64,000 bases of DNA from Phoronis australis (Eukaryota; Animalia; Phoronida): contig NMRA01000505.1 of NCBI GenBank assembly GCA_002633005.1, positions 107,558 to 171,557 on the forward strand, given 5' to 3'. The notes beneath the pieces are model-generated. The model saw only the letters and a list, made by a program, of their open reading frames with translations, did no database searches and had not been told where the DNA came from. Positions 27,601 to 39,603 of this stretch are shown here, in pieces (the first letter of the stretch is position 1; each line of letters opens with the position of its first letter). A program made the position numbers and the translations under genes.

Positions 27601-30332
27601 CGGGAAAACGCCGTAATGGAACCGAATGATGAGTAGTGGACTGTTCCCATTTCCAACGATGTAAAAAAATATACGTAAATAAAACAACAAAAATGGATCA
27701 CTGAATTTTCGGGTATAATAACATCCTTCGTCAACAGAAACAGAAATAATTTCTTTATTTCTGTTTCTGTTGGCGAAGGATGTTATTGTATCCGAAAACT
27801 TCAGTGATCCATTTTTGTTGTTTTATTTACGTATATTTATTCTACTTCTCGACAAACAAGTGTATATTAAGGGGGTCCGGATCGCCTCTTTTAGTTTAGG
27901 ATTTATTTTCTACGTTGTTAATCAACGATGTAAGCAACTTAAGTAACACGCAAAAATATAAGTAGATAAAAATAAATTTCTTTAAGTTATTCTCCGACTA
28001 AACATTTCTGTCTGAGTAGGTGTAGTCACTCCTTTAAGCATGGCCGATTTGAAAATTTGGCAGGAATTAACATCCGACTTGAATCCGTTCTTTGCGAGCA
28101 AGCGTCACGGCATCCTCATCTCTGGCATTACTAATTCCGCCTCATCTCAAAAACATAGAGCTGGGAGTCATCGTTTTGTATACAAATATTTCCCCTCCCC
28201 ATGATTAAGCTGCGTCAACTGAGGGCCTTAATGAAAAGTCTACAGTGTCGACGTTCGCAAAATATCCACGGTTCAAGAAATTCGAACCACCCCCTACGCA
28301 ATGCTAGCAACGGGCCTGCTTCTCATCTATGTGTTAGAACTTATGTATAACTCATTTTGCATGACAAAGTAAACAGTAAGCAATCTAAAGATTCCTTCTA
28401 CTTCGGTAATACAGAACTGCAAAATTAAATTCTAGCCCTGGTATATTGGCATGTTAAATTACCTTGTGTGAAGTCGTGCGTGTTAAGCTTTGGATGAGTC
28501 TTGTTTCCGCCAACTGGCGACAGAATGACATTAGCGCTTTCTACAGGTGACATGGCGAATATTGACCAGAAGAGTGTGTATAACGTGTGTGGAAAGGTGT
28601 CAAAGTGGTGAATCATAGCCACCTTAATACCATGAACGTTGAGATACATCTGGTCAATGTAATACTGGTAGAGCTTGTGGATTCCAGCGGCAAACGAAAA
28701 GAGAATGATGGCGAAGATGACCATGAAAATTATGATGTCTTTGTACATGCGGCTTATGCTGACCTCCAATGGCCCCAAATTGTTGTTCACTTGCATGGTC
28801 AACAGCAAACGTCCACAGGCCATGACTGTTGCGACGGAGTAGAGACCTTCCGCAATCAAAGTAGGGTCGTAAGCATCCCAGAAACGTCGTTCTAGGTGTG
28901 TGTTGTCGTTTTCTAGCACGTCCGTGTAAGCCCAAATCCAGGAAACAAAGGTTGATAAGAATATACACAGCATAAGTAAAGTGTAGATATTCCACTTGCT
29001 CTCAAAATAACCACCCCAACCGTAATACCAAATCTTCTTGATTTCAGCCCAAACAAACCCGAAGACGAACAACCCAATTACTGCCTCCAAACCAGTGTGA
29101 GGGGGTCCACGGATGTGGTCCTTGCTGTCGAGAAAGTTATGGATAAACAGCAATACGAGGAATGTACAGTACGACGCTGTCGTCGATAAGAATTTGTTGA
29201 TGGGACTTGACCACGAGATGGCGTACTTTGACTTAGGAGCCAGCCAGTAAACTATCGCAATGAACGGAAGCATGACGATACGTGGGAAAATGCGACAGAC
29301 TTTCTCGATGTTAGAGAGACTTTTCCAGTCTTGCCACTCCCGTAACCAGGCGGCTCGCAGCACAGTTTGGCTGTTGTGATGGGCAACGAACTCTCTTTGT
29401 TCATAGTCAACGGCTGTAGCCAAACGCGAAAATTTGACTGGTCTCCTTCGCCGATATCCCTGTTTTCTCTTCAACAAAAGTGACACTTCCTCCGTTGTCC
29501 TAGCAACGTTAAGAATATCGAGAGCAAATTTCTTACAATCTTCCGACAATTTCACGTATTCCTCCACGAACTCGCGCTCCATTTTACTGATCGCGTAGAA
29601 TTCCTTGCTCAATTCGAAAGCGGTTAAGATTGGGTCAGACGACGACTGGCATATATATGCCGGACTTGACAGTGCTTTGTAAGCGGTCAGTCGCTTGATA
29701 GAATCTCTCAAAGTTTCCCCTCTTTTCCTCGCCCAGCATTTTTCCTTGCAAAAGCAGTTTGGCTTGTGAGGCTTATCCACGAAGTGACCCCGACCCAGCA
29801 AGAGACGGATAACTTCATAATTCTCGCTAATGGCGGCTAACATTATCGGTGTAATATCTGGACTGTAATCTGGGGACTCGGTATAGCAAGACGCCCTTTC
29901 GTCTTTTCCATCCCTGGTCAATTTATCTAAGACAGCGGAAATAATGGCACAGTCTCCTTTATCGATAGCGCGTAATATGGAATCTCCAACAATTATATCC
30001 GGCTGCGCAAGAATTGTTTCAACCATCGAAAGATTGCCATTTGACACGGCTTTTGTAAGCGCGGTTGCACCAGAATAGTTCTGGCAATTGACATTAAAAC
30101 CTTTCTGTCGATTAAGAAAGGCTACGACATCTTCCGTTTTATCACTGTCTACGAGTTTAAAAAATTCTTTTCCTTCTGGCTTCAGTTTAGGAAGCAAAAG
30201 ACTCGGTTGGTATGCTACCTTACTTATTTCAACGGTTTTTCTTGGCCCAATTCCAATTTGAGGCAGCAACAGGTCTGCGTCCTCGTTTTCAAGCCTCAAG
30301 TACCGTATCCTTTTCGCTTTGGGCTTCTCCAT
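24624..30332 (-). CDS. TRPC: TRPC-family cation channel, paralog 2, ~792 aa; exons 30332-28463, 25363-25196, 24964-24624
   Basis: Same motif set (PDITPIMLAA, PHKPNCFCKEKC, LFWSIF, LLNLLIAMMANSFQ, EWKFAR, LPPPFNIIPSPKS). Intron positions and the 168-nt middle exon are identical to paralog 1. The CDS is 2379 nt in frame. Confidence 0.95.
26415..26615 (-). mobile_element. Degenerate tRNA-derived SINE-like remnant
   Basis: The minus strand begins GTGGCTTAGTGGTT (A-box like) ... GAGTTTGAATCC (B-box like). The 3' extent is uncertain. Confidence 0.4.
27667..27838. repeat. Near-perfect long hairpin (~80-bp arms, very short loop) in TRPC paralog 2 intron 1
   Basis: AAATATACGTAAATAAAACAACAAAAATGGATCACTGAA... 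is mirrored by ...TTCAGTGATCCATTTTTGTTGTTTTATTTACGTATATTT with few mismatches. Confidence 0.9.
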
Positions 30333-31995
30333 TTTCTAACTTCAAAGATTTTCTCATAAATGACTGTACTCTCAAATCTGTCGCATTCACGTGCTGTGCA
30401 CGCATGAAAGATTTATTAAGTTTTAAGCATGGTTTCACACATTTCTTGAAATTACGATTCGCCATTACAAACTGTTAAGTGTTGACTGCTGATAATAAGG
30501 ATGTACCCACAAGTGCAACAGACGGAGAAAAATTGAAAGAGTTGAGTTGACAGAGCAACGCTATTGTTAAAGCTTTATACACGTCATTAAAACTTGAACA
30601 GAATATCAGTTTTTGAGGTGAACTTGGTTACCACTAAAACTGCGTCGAAAGTGTGGGCCATACCATACAACTTCAGGGGGTGAAAGTTGAAAGAAATTGA
30701 ATTAGTTATTCATACAGGAACTTTTTGGAACTATATATGACAGCAAAGTGAACAAAATCAACGTTTGTCACGCAAAAGAATGACGTTTCCAACGCGATTT
30801 CAGGACGCAAAAATATTCGTTCTTCCCATTACAACGCCATTCTCCCATTTTTAAGTCCAGGCAATTTCCGCCCGAATTCATTAAATTATTTTTAAAGCTA
30901 TTTTTCGCAGTTTATCATTAGGCATTTTACTCTCATAAAATCGATCTTGTGATATTCTTTACCTTCATAGCTTTGATATTCTTTACCGTGATAGGTTTCC
31001 GTTTCTGATACCAACAAGATCAACTAAAGCATAAGCAAACGCTTCAGAATTTATTGAAGTAGCCTAAAACTACGAACTTGAAAATTGTGCAATTACGCAT
31101 TACCTGTGACCTAAGTCACTTAGTAACGGAAACAGAGTCCTTTCGCAGTAGGAGTATGATGATACCTATTGCCTTTGTCCATAGTCACTTTCATGTATAA
31201 AAAACAGAATCCTATCACAGTAGGAGTATTATGATGACAACGATTTAATGAAGTGACAGGATGGCCTTGTGATCGCACTTGAAAGTGCTCAGTTGTCCCC
31301 CATCACGCTTCCGTGACATCGCATAATGTTAATACGTTGAGAGTGTATCTTAAGAACGAAGATTTGGATTTTGCTAATAATTTGTACCATAGTGTACTGT
31401 GGTAAACAACGCCGGAAGCCAATCCATTTTGGTGACACTGGTATCAATTTAAAGGTACAAAACGTGACAAACGAGTTATTTTGGAAAAATGTCATTGACG
31501 CGATATCTCAAGAAGGGAACTGTAGATTCTGTTCATATTTTGTACCGGGGTGCTGGTGGCCTAGCTGCAGGAGCCATTCAATTTTGATGGCTTTGATGTC
31601 TTATTTAAGGTCACAGAAAAAAATCAAGCTTTAGACATCGTTCATAGTTAGTGCAGTGGTGAATTAGGTGGGACAACTTCAAGTTACAATCGATTTTCGT
31701 TACCTTGGATCTCATTTTCGGTGTCACAGCAAGAAAATAAACTTTAACTTGAGGAAATGCAATTCGCAATACCTCAAGAAAGGTCTTAAATTTTATTCAT
31801 ATTTTGAACCGTATACATTATGTGGGTTGTCTCCTGGCGTCCAGGGTTCAGTCCATCTTATTGATCCTTACGTCATTTTAAGATGACAAGGACAAAATCA
31901 ATTTTTTGTCGAAAAACATTGTGGCAGCGATGCCTCAAGAAAGATTTAGATTTGTAGGTGAGTGACTCCAAGTGCCAGTCGATATTGCTGAAGAG

Positions 31996-32228
31996 AATGG
32001 GAGTAAGAGGGGTACCAATGGGAGTAAGAGGGGTAACAATGGGAGTAAGAGGGGTACCAATGGGAGTAAGAGGGGTGCCAATGGGAGTAAGAGGGGTGCC
32101 AATGGGAGTAGGAGGGATAACAATGGGAGTAAGAGGGATAACAATGGGAGTAAGAGGAGTAACAATGGGAGTAGGGGTGACCGAATGGGAGAAAAAGGGG
32201 TGACAATGGGAGTAACAGGGGTAACAAA
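31996..32228. repeat. 21-bp purine-rich minisatellite AATGGGAGTAAGAGGGGT(A/G)(C/A)C, ~11 copies
   Basis: Directly visible; explains the four low-complexity ORFs here. Confidence 0.95.
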
Positions 32229-33060
32229 CATTTAAAAATACGAGGTGGTTATCAGCTTGTAAAATCCAGGGACATCATTGAAAACTTGCCGTGTTCTATA
32301 GACGCAAACTCTAGTAAAGAGGCGGATCTAGGATACCATAAGGGGGGGCGCAACATGTTGCCTCGGGGAATTGGGCAAAGCGCGATTGTATGTGCACGGG
32401 CGGCCCGAAAGTCGAAAGTTGCGGAAAATGTATCGATGGACTAAAAAAAAGGGAACACGTCCTATTTACTGAACTCAATATTCTTCACGCTGATGCTGTT
32501 TCATTTTGTTTGCGGCAGCCAAAGGGGTGGGGGGCATTTCACCAACATGGTTCAAGTCTGAAAGCCTGATTTTGTTAGACCAGGAAGCCGGTTTAGTAAA
32601 ATCAGGTTTAAAGTACCCAAGCCACCCTACTGAGTTGATCTGGATTAACCCAACAGAGAAACTATCTAAATGCTTCAATGAATCCTAGATCGCGTGGGTA
32701 CACACTAGTAGAATCAGCTCAGACATTTGCGAAAAAGGTCTAAAAGCTTTTCTCATGAGGAAAAATATAATGTCTGTGCCCAACACACGTACACACATTA
32801 AAGTACATGCTCACTATCAGCCGCAACATGATAAATGTCCAAATTTATTTCCGTGCCATTCTGGTGTTTTTTTTCGCGACCAAAGGGAGCAAGACCCCTT
32901 CCCGAGAACATGAAATCGGAGACCAATGGAGGTGGAACTCAGAAGAATAAGAAAAAGCTGTCTTCAGTCAAACCCGTAGCGCTTATGACGATGACGCCTT
33001 GCTCGACCAGTCGTATTCTGAAGAATCCGCAGGACACTATCCAGCACGAATTGGTCTACA

Positions 33061-33215
33061 CATAGGCGGATCCAAGGGGGTCAAGGGGTCCGGACTCCCT
33101 TTTTGCTTGATTTTAGTGAGATCAAATCTATAATTTTCAAATTGTTGACTTGGTCCCCCCTTTTAAAAAGTCCTTGACCGACCCCCTCCACTTAAAAGTC
33201 GGGGATCCGCCCCTG
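33061..33215. mobile_element. MITE of the CA(G/T)(G/A)GGCGGATCC family
   Basis: TIR CATAGGCGGATCC / GGATCCGCCCCTG, with near-TSD CTACA/CTACG. Partial relatives end at ~3904, 16273, 20969 and 45304, and one starts at ~32320. Confidence 0.7.
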
Positions 33216-33508
33216 CTACGTTTGATCTTGTGTTGTAAAACTGAATATTGAAAATAGTCCATTTCGCTCTAAAACTGCCTGGTGATTGCACAACTCGGCA
33301 ACATTCAGTTGCACCAATATCATGCAAGTCTGTCATATTTAACAGTTAAACCTGGGTCTGATCAAGTTTAAAGTTAAACCTGGTTTAAGATCTTAATACA
33401 TGTCTAAAGAATAATTTATAGACTTAGTTGGTGAAATGAAAACTGACTTAGACCAGGTCTAAACTGGAGTTGAACTAGGTTTTACTAGACCACTGGTCTA
33501 AAAGATAA

Positions 33509-35179
33509 AGGAGAATGCCACCCGATTTAATTAGTCTTTTTTGCAGTCTTAATCGGTCTATATCCACATCGCCTCGCATACGGTCGACCTTACCTTGCCA
33601 AGAGGTGTCGCGTTAACCTGTGAGGAAGGTGAGAAACGACGCTAGCGACGTCAGTGGTTCATATGCAGAGTGAATGCCGCTATGTTGCGGTTCATCGTTC
33701 CCGCTTGTCCGAACTAAGCAGCTGCGAGGAAAGCGGGTATGTCGTTTTTTTACTTCCTCGAGAGTCCGAAATGCTTAGGAAGTGGCTCATGGTAGTGAAG
33801 AATGAAATGTACGCTGTAAATAGCAAGTATGAGGCCGTGAAACATCTCCGTGTCTGTGGCCTGCAGACGTCGATAGTGCCCGACGAATGCCGGCTTACCA
33901 AATAACTCCATACGTTCCGTTGTCTGAGCTTCTTGTTCACGGCGCCTCTATAGTATTTCTTCATCTCTGTATTCCTGTTCAAATTGATAGCCTGTAAATC
34001 TTAACGATCCACCTGCGAAGTCGGGACTGATGAGCTCTAGCTCGTCCTAAGTCGCGACTTGCGAGTTGCCATGTCGGCGTATATTACTGAGCGTTCTGTT
34101 TCAAAATGAATTATTCTCACCCTAACCAATACTTATATAAAACTGAAACAAAGTCTGTCTCATTAGATGCAATTTGCAATGCCTTTGGAACATTCGTGAG
34201 CCAGTGCAAATCATTTGAGAAGCCAGCAATGAATAAATCACTGCGTTACCGGCTTTAGGTGCAATAAAATTAATTGACGGGACACCGAGGCTGTGTGAGC
34301 TCATGCAAATTTAGTGTTTGATGGCAGAAACTGTTGTGAAACAATTCGATTTCCATCCCACGGCCAGGTGTTAGGAGAATCTTTATTTACATTTGCATTA
34401 CTCAAATAATGATTGTCAATGTACAACTTCTGCCCTGACGGTGCCTGTGGCCAAAGCGGAACCCGCTGAATTCGCGGCCCCCCGACGAGTAAGTAAAATT
34501 GCAGTTTCGTGGCTAATTCACCAACATAATCACGTGCACATTACTTTGGATCACTGGTATAGTATTTTCTTGACTGGAAGCTTAGTTTCCACTGAACTTT
34601 GGCTGGTTTATGTTCGTGATGTCTGATCAGTTTCCGAGCCACTGGCCGGGATAACGGCGGAGTCAAGCCGGCCGGCCGCGACGGGCCTGATCGGGCTCCG
34701 AGCCACTGGCCAGGATAACAAGCGTTTTGTGTTTAGAACTCAAATATCACAAGTCTAAATAACACAGATCTAGATTCTCCTGCCTGTATCTCACGGAAAA
34801 TACTTCGAAATTATCTCCGAACAGACCCCAAACTCCTGCTACGGACCTTTATTGGCCTGCCGAACTTTGTAGGCTACGGTGTGTTCAAATACCAATTAAT
34901 TCGTTTTTATAAGAACTCTGTGTATTTTCAAGGGTTTTACATCGAAGTTTGATGATTTATTGGAGTTAAACGATGACTTTAAGCGATAAGCTGACACCAG
35001 TAACCCGTGTTGTGAACTGCTGAACACACTGCGTGTGAAACCGATGACGTCATTGGATAATTTCAACACCTCCGTCTGCCGTCAGGTGTCAGGTAACGCA
35101 ACCGCACGTGTCGTTATGGAGTAGAACTACTCGATCTAAATTGATGCAAATTAGGTTGTTTTTTGGGTGGCATGCTCCT
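33509..35179 (+). mobile_element. Non-autonomous Kolobok-like DNA transposon A with decayed THAP domain
   Basis: TIRs AGGAGAATGCCACCC / GGGTGGCATGCTCCT (14/15 match), flanked by ATAA (33505-33508) and TTAA (35180-35183). A frameshifted THAP-like remnant lies at ~33674-33870 (CPN...GMSFF / PRESEMLRKW...LRVCGL). Confidence 0.75.
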
Positions 35180-37209
35180 TTAAGGTAGGTGGATACAAAA
35201 AAATAATTTTGACTGTTTTTTACATTTTTATGCTATCCTAATCTCTAATTCTTGATGCACAGTATACTGAAGAAAAATAAAATCATTCTGAAAATTCAAA
35301 GTTGTTTTTAGCTAAATTTGACCAAGCCTCAGTAAGTCATATGGCTTGAGTGCTCACCAGCTCAGTGACTGACAACTGGGGCGGAGCTTAAACAAGGACA
35401 CTAGCTCTAATCTAACCTTGTCAACACACGTTGCGTAACCGGGCAATCGAGAGTGCTGTACCAGCTGATATTGATGTTGTAGCAAGGCCAAGAATAAAAT
35501 AATTCTATTTTTGACCACGTGAAAGTTGGTAGTGAAATGGTGAACTACCTCCTGTTCAGAGCCTGAGCCTGTTTTTCTATCTGAAAAAAAAAATAAGTTG
35601 AGTACGCCAAGTCCTACCGAAGCCATCACTGCACTCAGCTTGATGAGTCAGTGCAGAAATCATGCGTGTACAAGAGAAGTCGGTAAGGTGAGGTGTTTGA
35701 CGAGAGGACGCCGAGCGTCGACGTGGGTGGTGGTGCACGATTCGGTGAGAGCGAAGACAAGCCGCGCGCGACACATGGACAACTACATGCCGCCAGAGTA
35801 GAGTTTTTGCAGATAAACCGTGCTTCTAAGCTGGGAAAGCGCCGTGGAGAAACTAGGCTGTAAAACCCAGGGGATTTTTAAGATGCCACTGGCCGTAAAC
35901 CAAACAATTACAGAAATGACCCAGAGTTCAAACGGCAACATAACAAAATTTATGCTCGGAATATGTCCCGAAAATAATAGGTGCGTCGGAAGCTCCGTTT
36001 CCACAGATACAAAGGAGACCGTGTATAGGCGATATAAGGTTATTTATTATGACTGATAAGGCACAGAAATAAGAGTGTAAAAATAACATAAAGATAAAAT
36101 AATAATCTCTGGAAAGATGGACAATAAAAAGCGCCAGCACTTAGGTAAGAGGAACTACCCAAAGTAGAGGGCGGTAGAGGGTGGGAAAAATGAAGAGAGA
36201 TTAGCTCGAACCTAAGTGCTGCAAAGCGAAGTACTGATGGCAGGAAATATTACTTTCTTGAGAACAAAGGAGCCCTATGACACGTGACAATCATCAGCCT
36301 ATGGGAGCCAGGAGCTGACCAAACTCGTGGCAGTAATACAAACGAACCAATAGTGAGGCTGGAAATGGAATGTCCTAGTGCCTCGAGTGCAGGAGGACCG
36401 CATGCGAATCTACACAAGGAGTTATTGGACCAGTCCGAAAGATGGGGTGTCACCTCTTTGGCACTGTGTGCCACTAGTGTTGCGTCTGTGACGCCTGGCA
36501 CTGTGTGCCTCATTTATGTGTGATTGTGTCACCCATTTGGCACTGTGTGCCCCTATGTTGCATCTGTAACCCCACGGTCACTGTGTGCCTTCTGTCGGGT
36601 GCCTATTTCTCCTGTGGGGCCCTGTGTCCTTTCCCTTCCACCCCCTCATTAGTACTTCGTTGCAGTGTTCTAGTGCATAGATTCAAACGTATCCCTGAAT
36701 TAAAACTCATGATATTATACGATTTTAGAGGAAAGCAAATATAAGAAACTTTGGTAACTTGAGAATCTCACCCAAGCGACGCTATTTGCGCAGAAAGTGA
36801 TATTTTCTTATCCCAAAGTCCATTCGGTACAGGCACGTAAAAATGTTGAACCATTACTATGAAAGTAGTTCTTTATCCTCGTCGCCACTATTGTTATGTA
36901 GACAGTAACGCGGCGATTTGATATAACACATATATTGGTTGATGATAATATTGGAATACTAACAAATAGGTCTGTGCCGTATAGTTAGAGAGTCTTTTAC
37001 TACACTGAATGGAGAGTTCAGATGAATCGTATAAACAATCAACACATGGTTTTAATGTCTTGTCGGCACACCAGGTGGACCGCCAACTCCGTATACTTTC
37101 AATGGACGAAATCTGTGAGCTTGCGCACAAGCCTTTACGTCATTATTCACTGGCGACACCTGGCTAAATTATCTGGTGTAATTTCCGGCAAGTACGTCGT
37201 CTGCTAATC

Positions 37210-37431
37210 ATGGTCGGCTGCTGTGTGGCCGGTTGTTCGGCTACGCAGGCGAAATGCATAGGCGTTAGCTTCCATAGTGTACGGAGACCCCAAAATCCGC
37301 TGTGGGAGAAAAAGTTATGTTCTCGCGTCGACGTGAATGGAAGTTGTTCTTCCAAAAAAAACTTGTACATTTGTTCACGTCACTTCGAAGATGGGTGTTT
37401 TTTAAGAGGCTCTGGTAGGCCTACTACTTAA
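37210..37431 (+). pseudogene. THAP (C2CH) domain ORF, truncated transposase N-terminus of a P-like element
   Basis: MVGCCVAGCS...GVSFH...P.W...LYICSRHF is the THAP signature. The ORF stops shortly after the domain. Upstream sequence 37077-37236 is homologous to the 5' part of the MITE at 46411-46757. Confidence 0.8.
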
Positions 37432-39053
37432 TCCTGTCTTCACAAATCCATTTTTCTTTTCTCCGTTTTGATGAAAACTATCTGGTAAACTTTTTGACGA
37501 AAAATGTCCGCTAAATTTCTTCCAATGGTAGTGACTGGTGAACTCTTGTCCTTACGAGGACCTTCAGCCATAGTCTAGTGAGCGAATTAACCAAATTACT
37601 CTTAGGTGGCCCTGATCAGACGGTTGGTCTCAGCATAATGCGCAGATTTGGCCAGGATTTGGATCAGCGATTTCAACAAATTCACATTCGTGTACAAATA
37701 AATAGGACGCTAGTAAAACCTTTAACATAAATAAAGATTACATTAATACTTCAGAAATAAATACCTGGACCTGTCAAAATCTATCCCGCAATTCAACAGC
37801 AGGTTACATACTCAATTATTTATGTCGACTGTATGCCGCACAAAACTTGAACCATCTTAGCCAAGTACGCTGCAGTCTATGAAAATACCGACAACTAACC
37901 CGAGTTTCAACTTCTTTGCAAACATGGAACAGGGATATCAAAGGGGTATGAAGGTTGTTTTTATGCTTCAATGTTACATTTTTGTAAGCAGACAAATGTT
38001 TTTTTTAAATCTACCCTAATTCCTACTATTTCAAAAGTATTTCCAAACCTTACGTCTTTCAAACGTACATTGATGACAAAACCATATTTCTTCAACCGGT
38101 TTTGTAAAGTCCTACACCACCTCCACATAATATGAACCAATCCTACTCCTAATGTAACAAAAAGGTCCCGTGCGTAACGGATACTAAGTATGGTCCTTCT
38201 GAAGTATTGGATAGGTTCTGCTAACGCAACCTCGCGAAAAGTCACACAAGAACTCGTGACATGTACCATCGCGTTACAAGTGAGCAATAACGAATTGTCA
38301 GTTATGTCGAACTTTACTCCAATTTGACATTGATATTGCATTTAAAAAAGTAAGAGGTCTAATCAAGAGAAAAATACTTTTGTGACGGAAGGCGAATTTA
38401 GTCATGTAGCCGATTCAATTTTAAACAAACTCATTTGAGAAAAATACTGAAACCACCACCTTCCATTTGAAAAATCGCCATTGTCAAACAACTGAACTGC
38501 AAACACATATAAAATCGTTTCATATGCTGTTTGGAAAAGATGCCTTAAACATAATTCAAATTCAAATTATCTTTAAGCACATAAATGTATTTACTTGATT
38601 TTTTGATGAAAACATGGATTCAAGATCCTCGTTGCAGTTCGCCATCTCAGATTTTTCCTGGAAAAAAGTCACTTGAAAATTTCACTGTCCAAATGCAACC
38701 GTAAAGTCAATTTATTATTTCCCCGAGAAATTTGCTAAAGCTATGTAACCTCATTCACTGTCCAGAATAAAGAAAAACCTCGGAAGCAAGGGAAATGAAC
38801 CCTAAGAGGTAGCAAGCAAGATAAAGGGGGTGGTAGGGACATGAAGCTGACGTGTGCTAATTTTCAATTTCATACTTTTATGTGGCATTTTCATAATTTT
38901 GATTTGAGATGTCAACTCAGATCACACGGTTTGAAAGTTCGGATTTTTAATTTGTAATGAACTTGAGTTGCACTGCACGTGACCTTTTATGAATTTACCG
39001 TAGTTGGCTACAGACAGGCCCACCTTTATAAAAACTAGCAACGTAGACAAACG

Positions 39054-39199
39054 CATGCGCGCACCCAGGGGAAAAGTCCAAGAGAAAGAGACGAAAGTCC
39101 ACAATAGGGCAGTACCCCGTTTTTTATTTTAGTTCTCACGCTTTTTGTTAGCAAAAGCTCTACTTTGCCAGAGATTCGAGCCCCCGGAGTGCGCGCATG
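39054..39199. mobile_element. MITE, CATGCGCGCAC TIR, 5-bp TSD
   Basis: CATGCGCGCACCC / GAGTGCGCGCATG, with TSD AAACG at 39049-39053 and 39200-39204. Confidence 0.8.
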
Positions 39200-39478
39200 A
39201 AACGTCTACACAAATTGCACCCAATGCAGCTCCTGGTTTAAACGCGGGCTTTTTTTTCAAAGTTTGGTCAGGTATAAATAACGCCACAAACATGGAGGTT
39301 CACTGAAACACGTCTACCTTACAGATGTGACAATCCCTAGCCACGCAAAACTTGAGAGGCCGACAAAAATACTAAAGATGAAATACCGGTGATGATAATC
39401 ATCCACTTTGTTAATTTACTTCACCTACACAATTGGAAATAGCCGCTAAAATGAATCTCATTCGAGTAAGCACCACGT

Positions 39479-39603
39479 CATGCGTGCACTCAGAGGGGGC
39501 CATTTGGCGAAGTGGGCAAAAAGGTCTGCAGCTCTCTTGTTAACAACAGGTCCATAACGTCAGGAATTCGAGCCCCCCATTTTGAAGACTGGGTGCGCGC
39601 ATG
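39479..39603. mobile_element. MITE, CATGCGYGCACYCAG TIR, 5-bp TSD
   Basis: CATGCGTGCACTCAG / CTGGGTGCGCGCATG, with TSD CACGT at 39474-39478 and 39604-39608. Confidence 0.8.

Noticed and set aside
28587-28995. Antisense and alternate-frame ORFs overlapping the TRPC exons
   Set aside because: Shadow ORFs of real coding sequence, with no recognisable motifs and no conservation between the paralogs.
17778-30332. Both TRPC ORFs being exactly 635 aa as complete proteins
   Set aside because: Both run past a GT donor into intron 1. The true exons are 1864 and 1870 nt, so the equal length is coincidental.
31935-32235. Four overlapping ORFs (Leu/Pro-, His/Tyr-, Gly-rich)
   Set aside because: Translations of a 21-bp minisatellite that lacks stops in several frames.
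36676-36683. CATAGATT as the missing 5' TIR of the P-like element
   Set aside because: The flank does not match the sequence after either 3' end (40902 or 40914), and the adjacent sequence is not homologous to the MITE copy.
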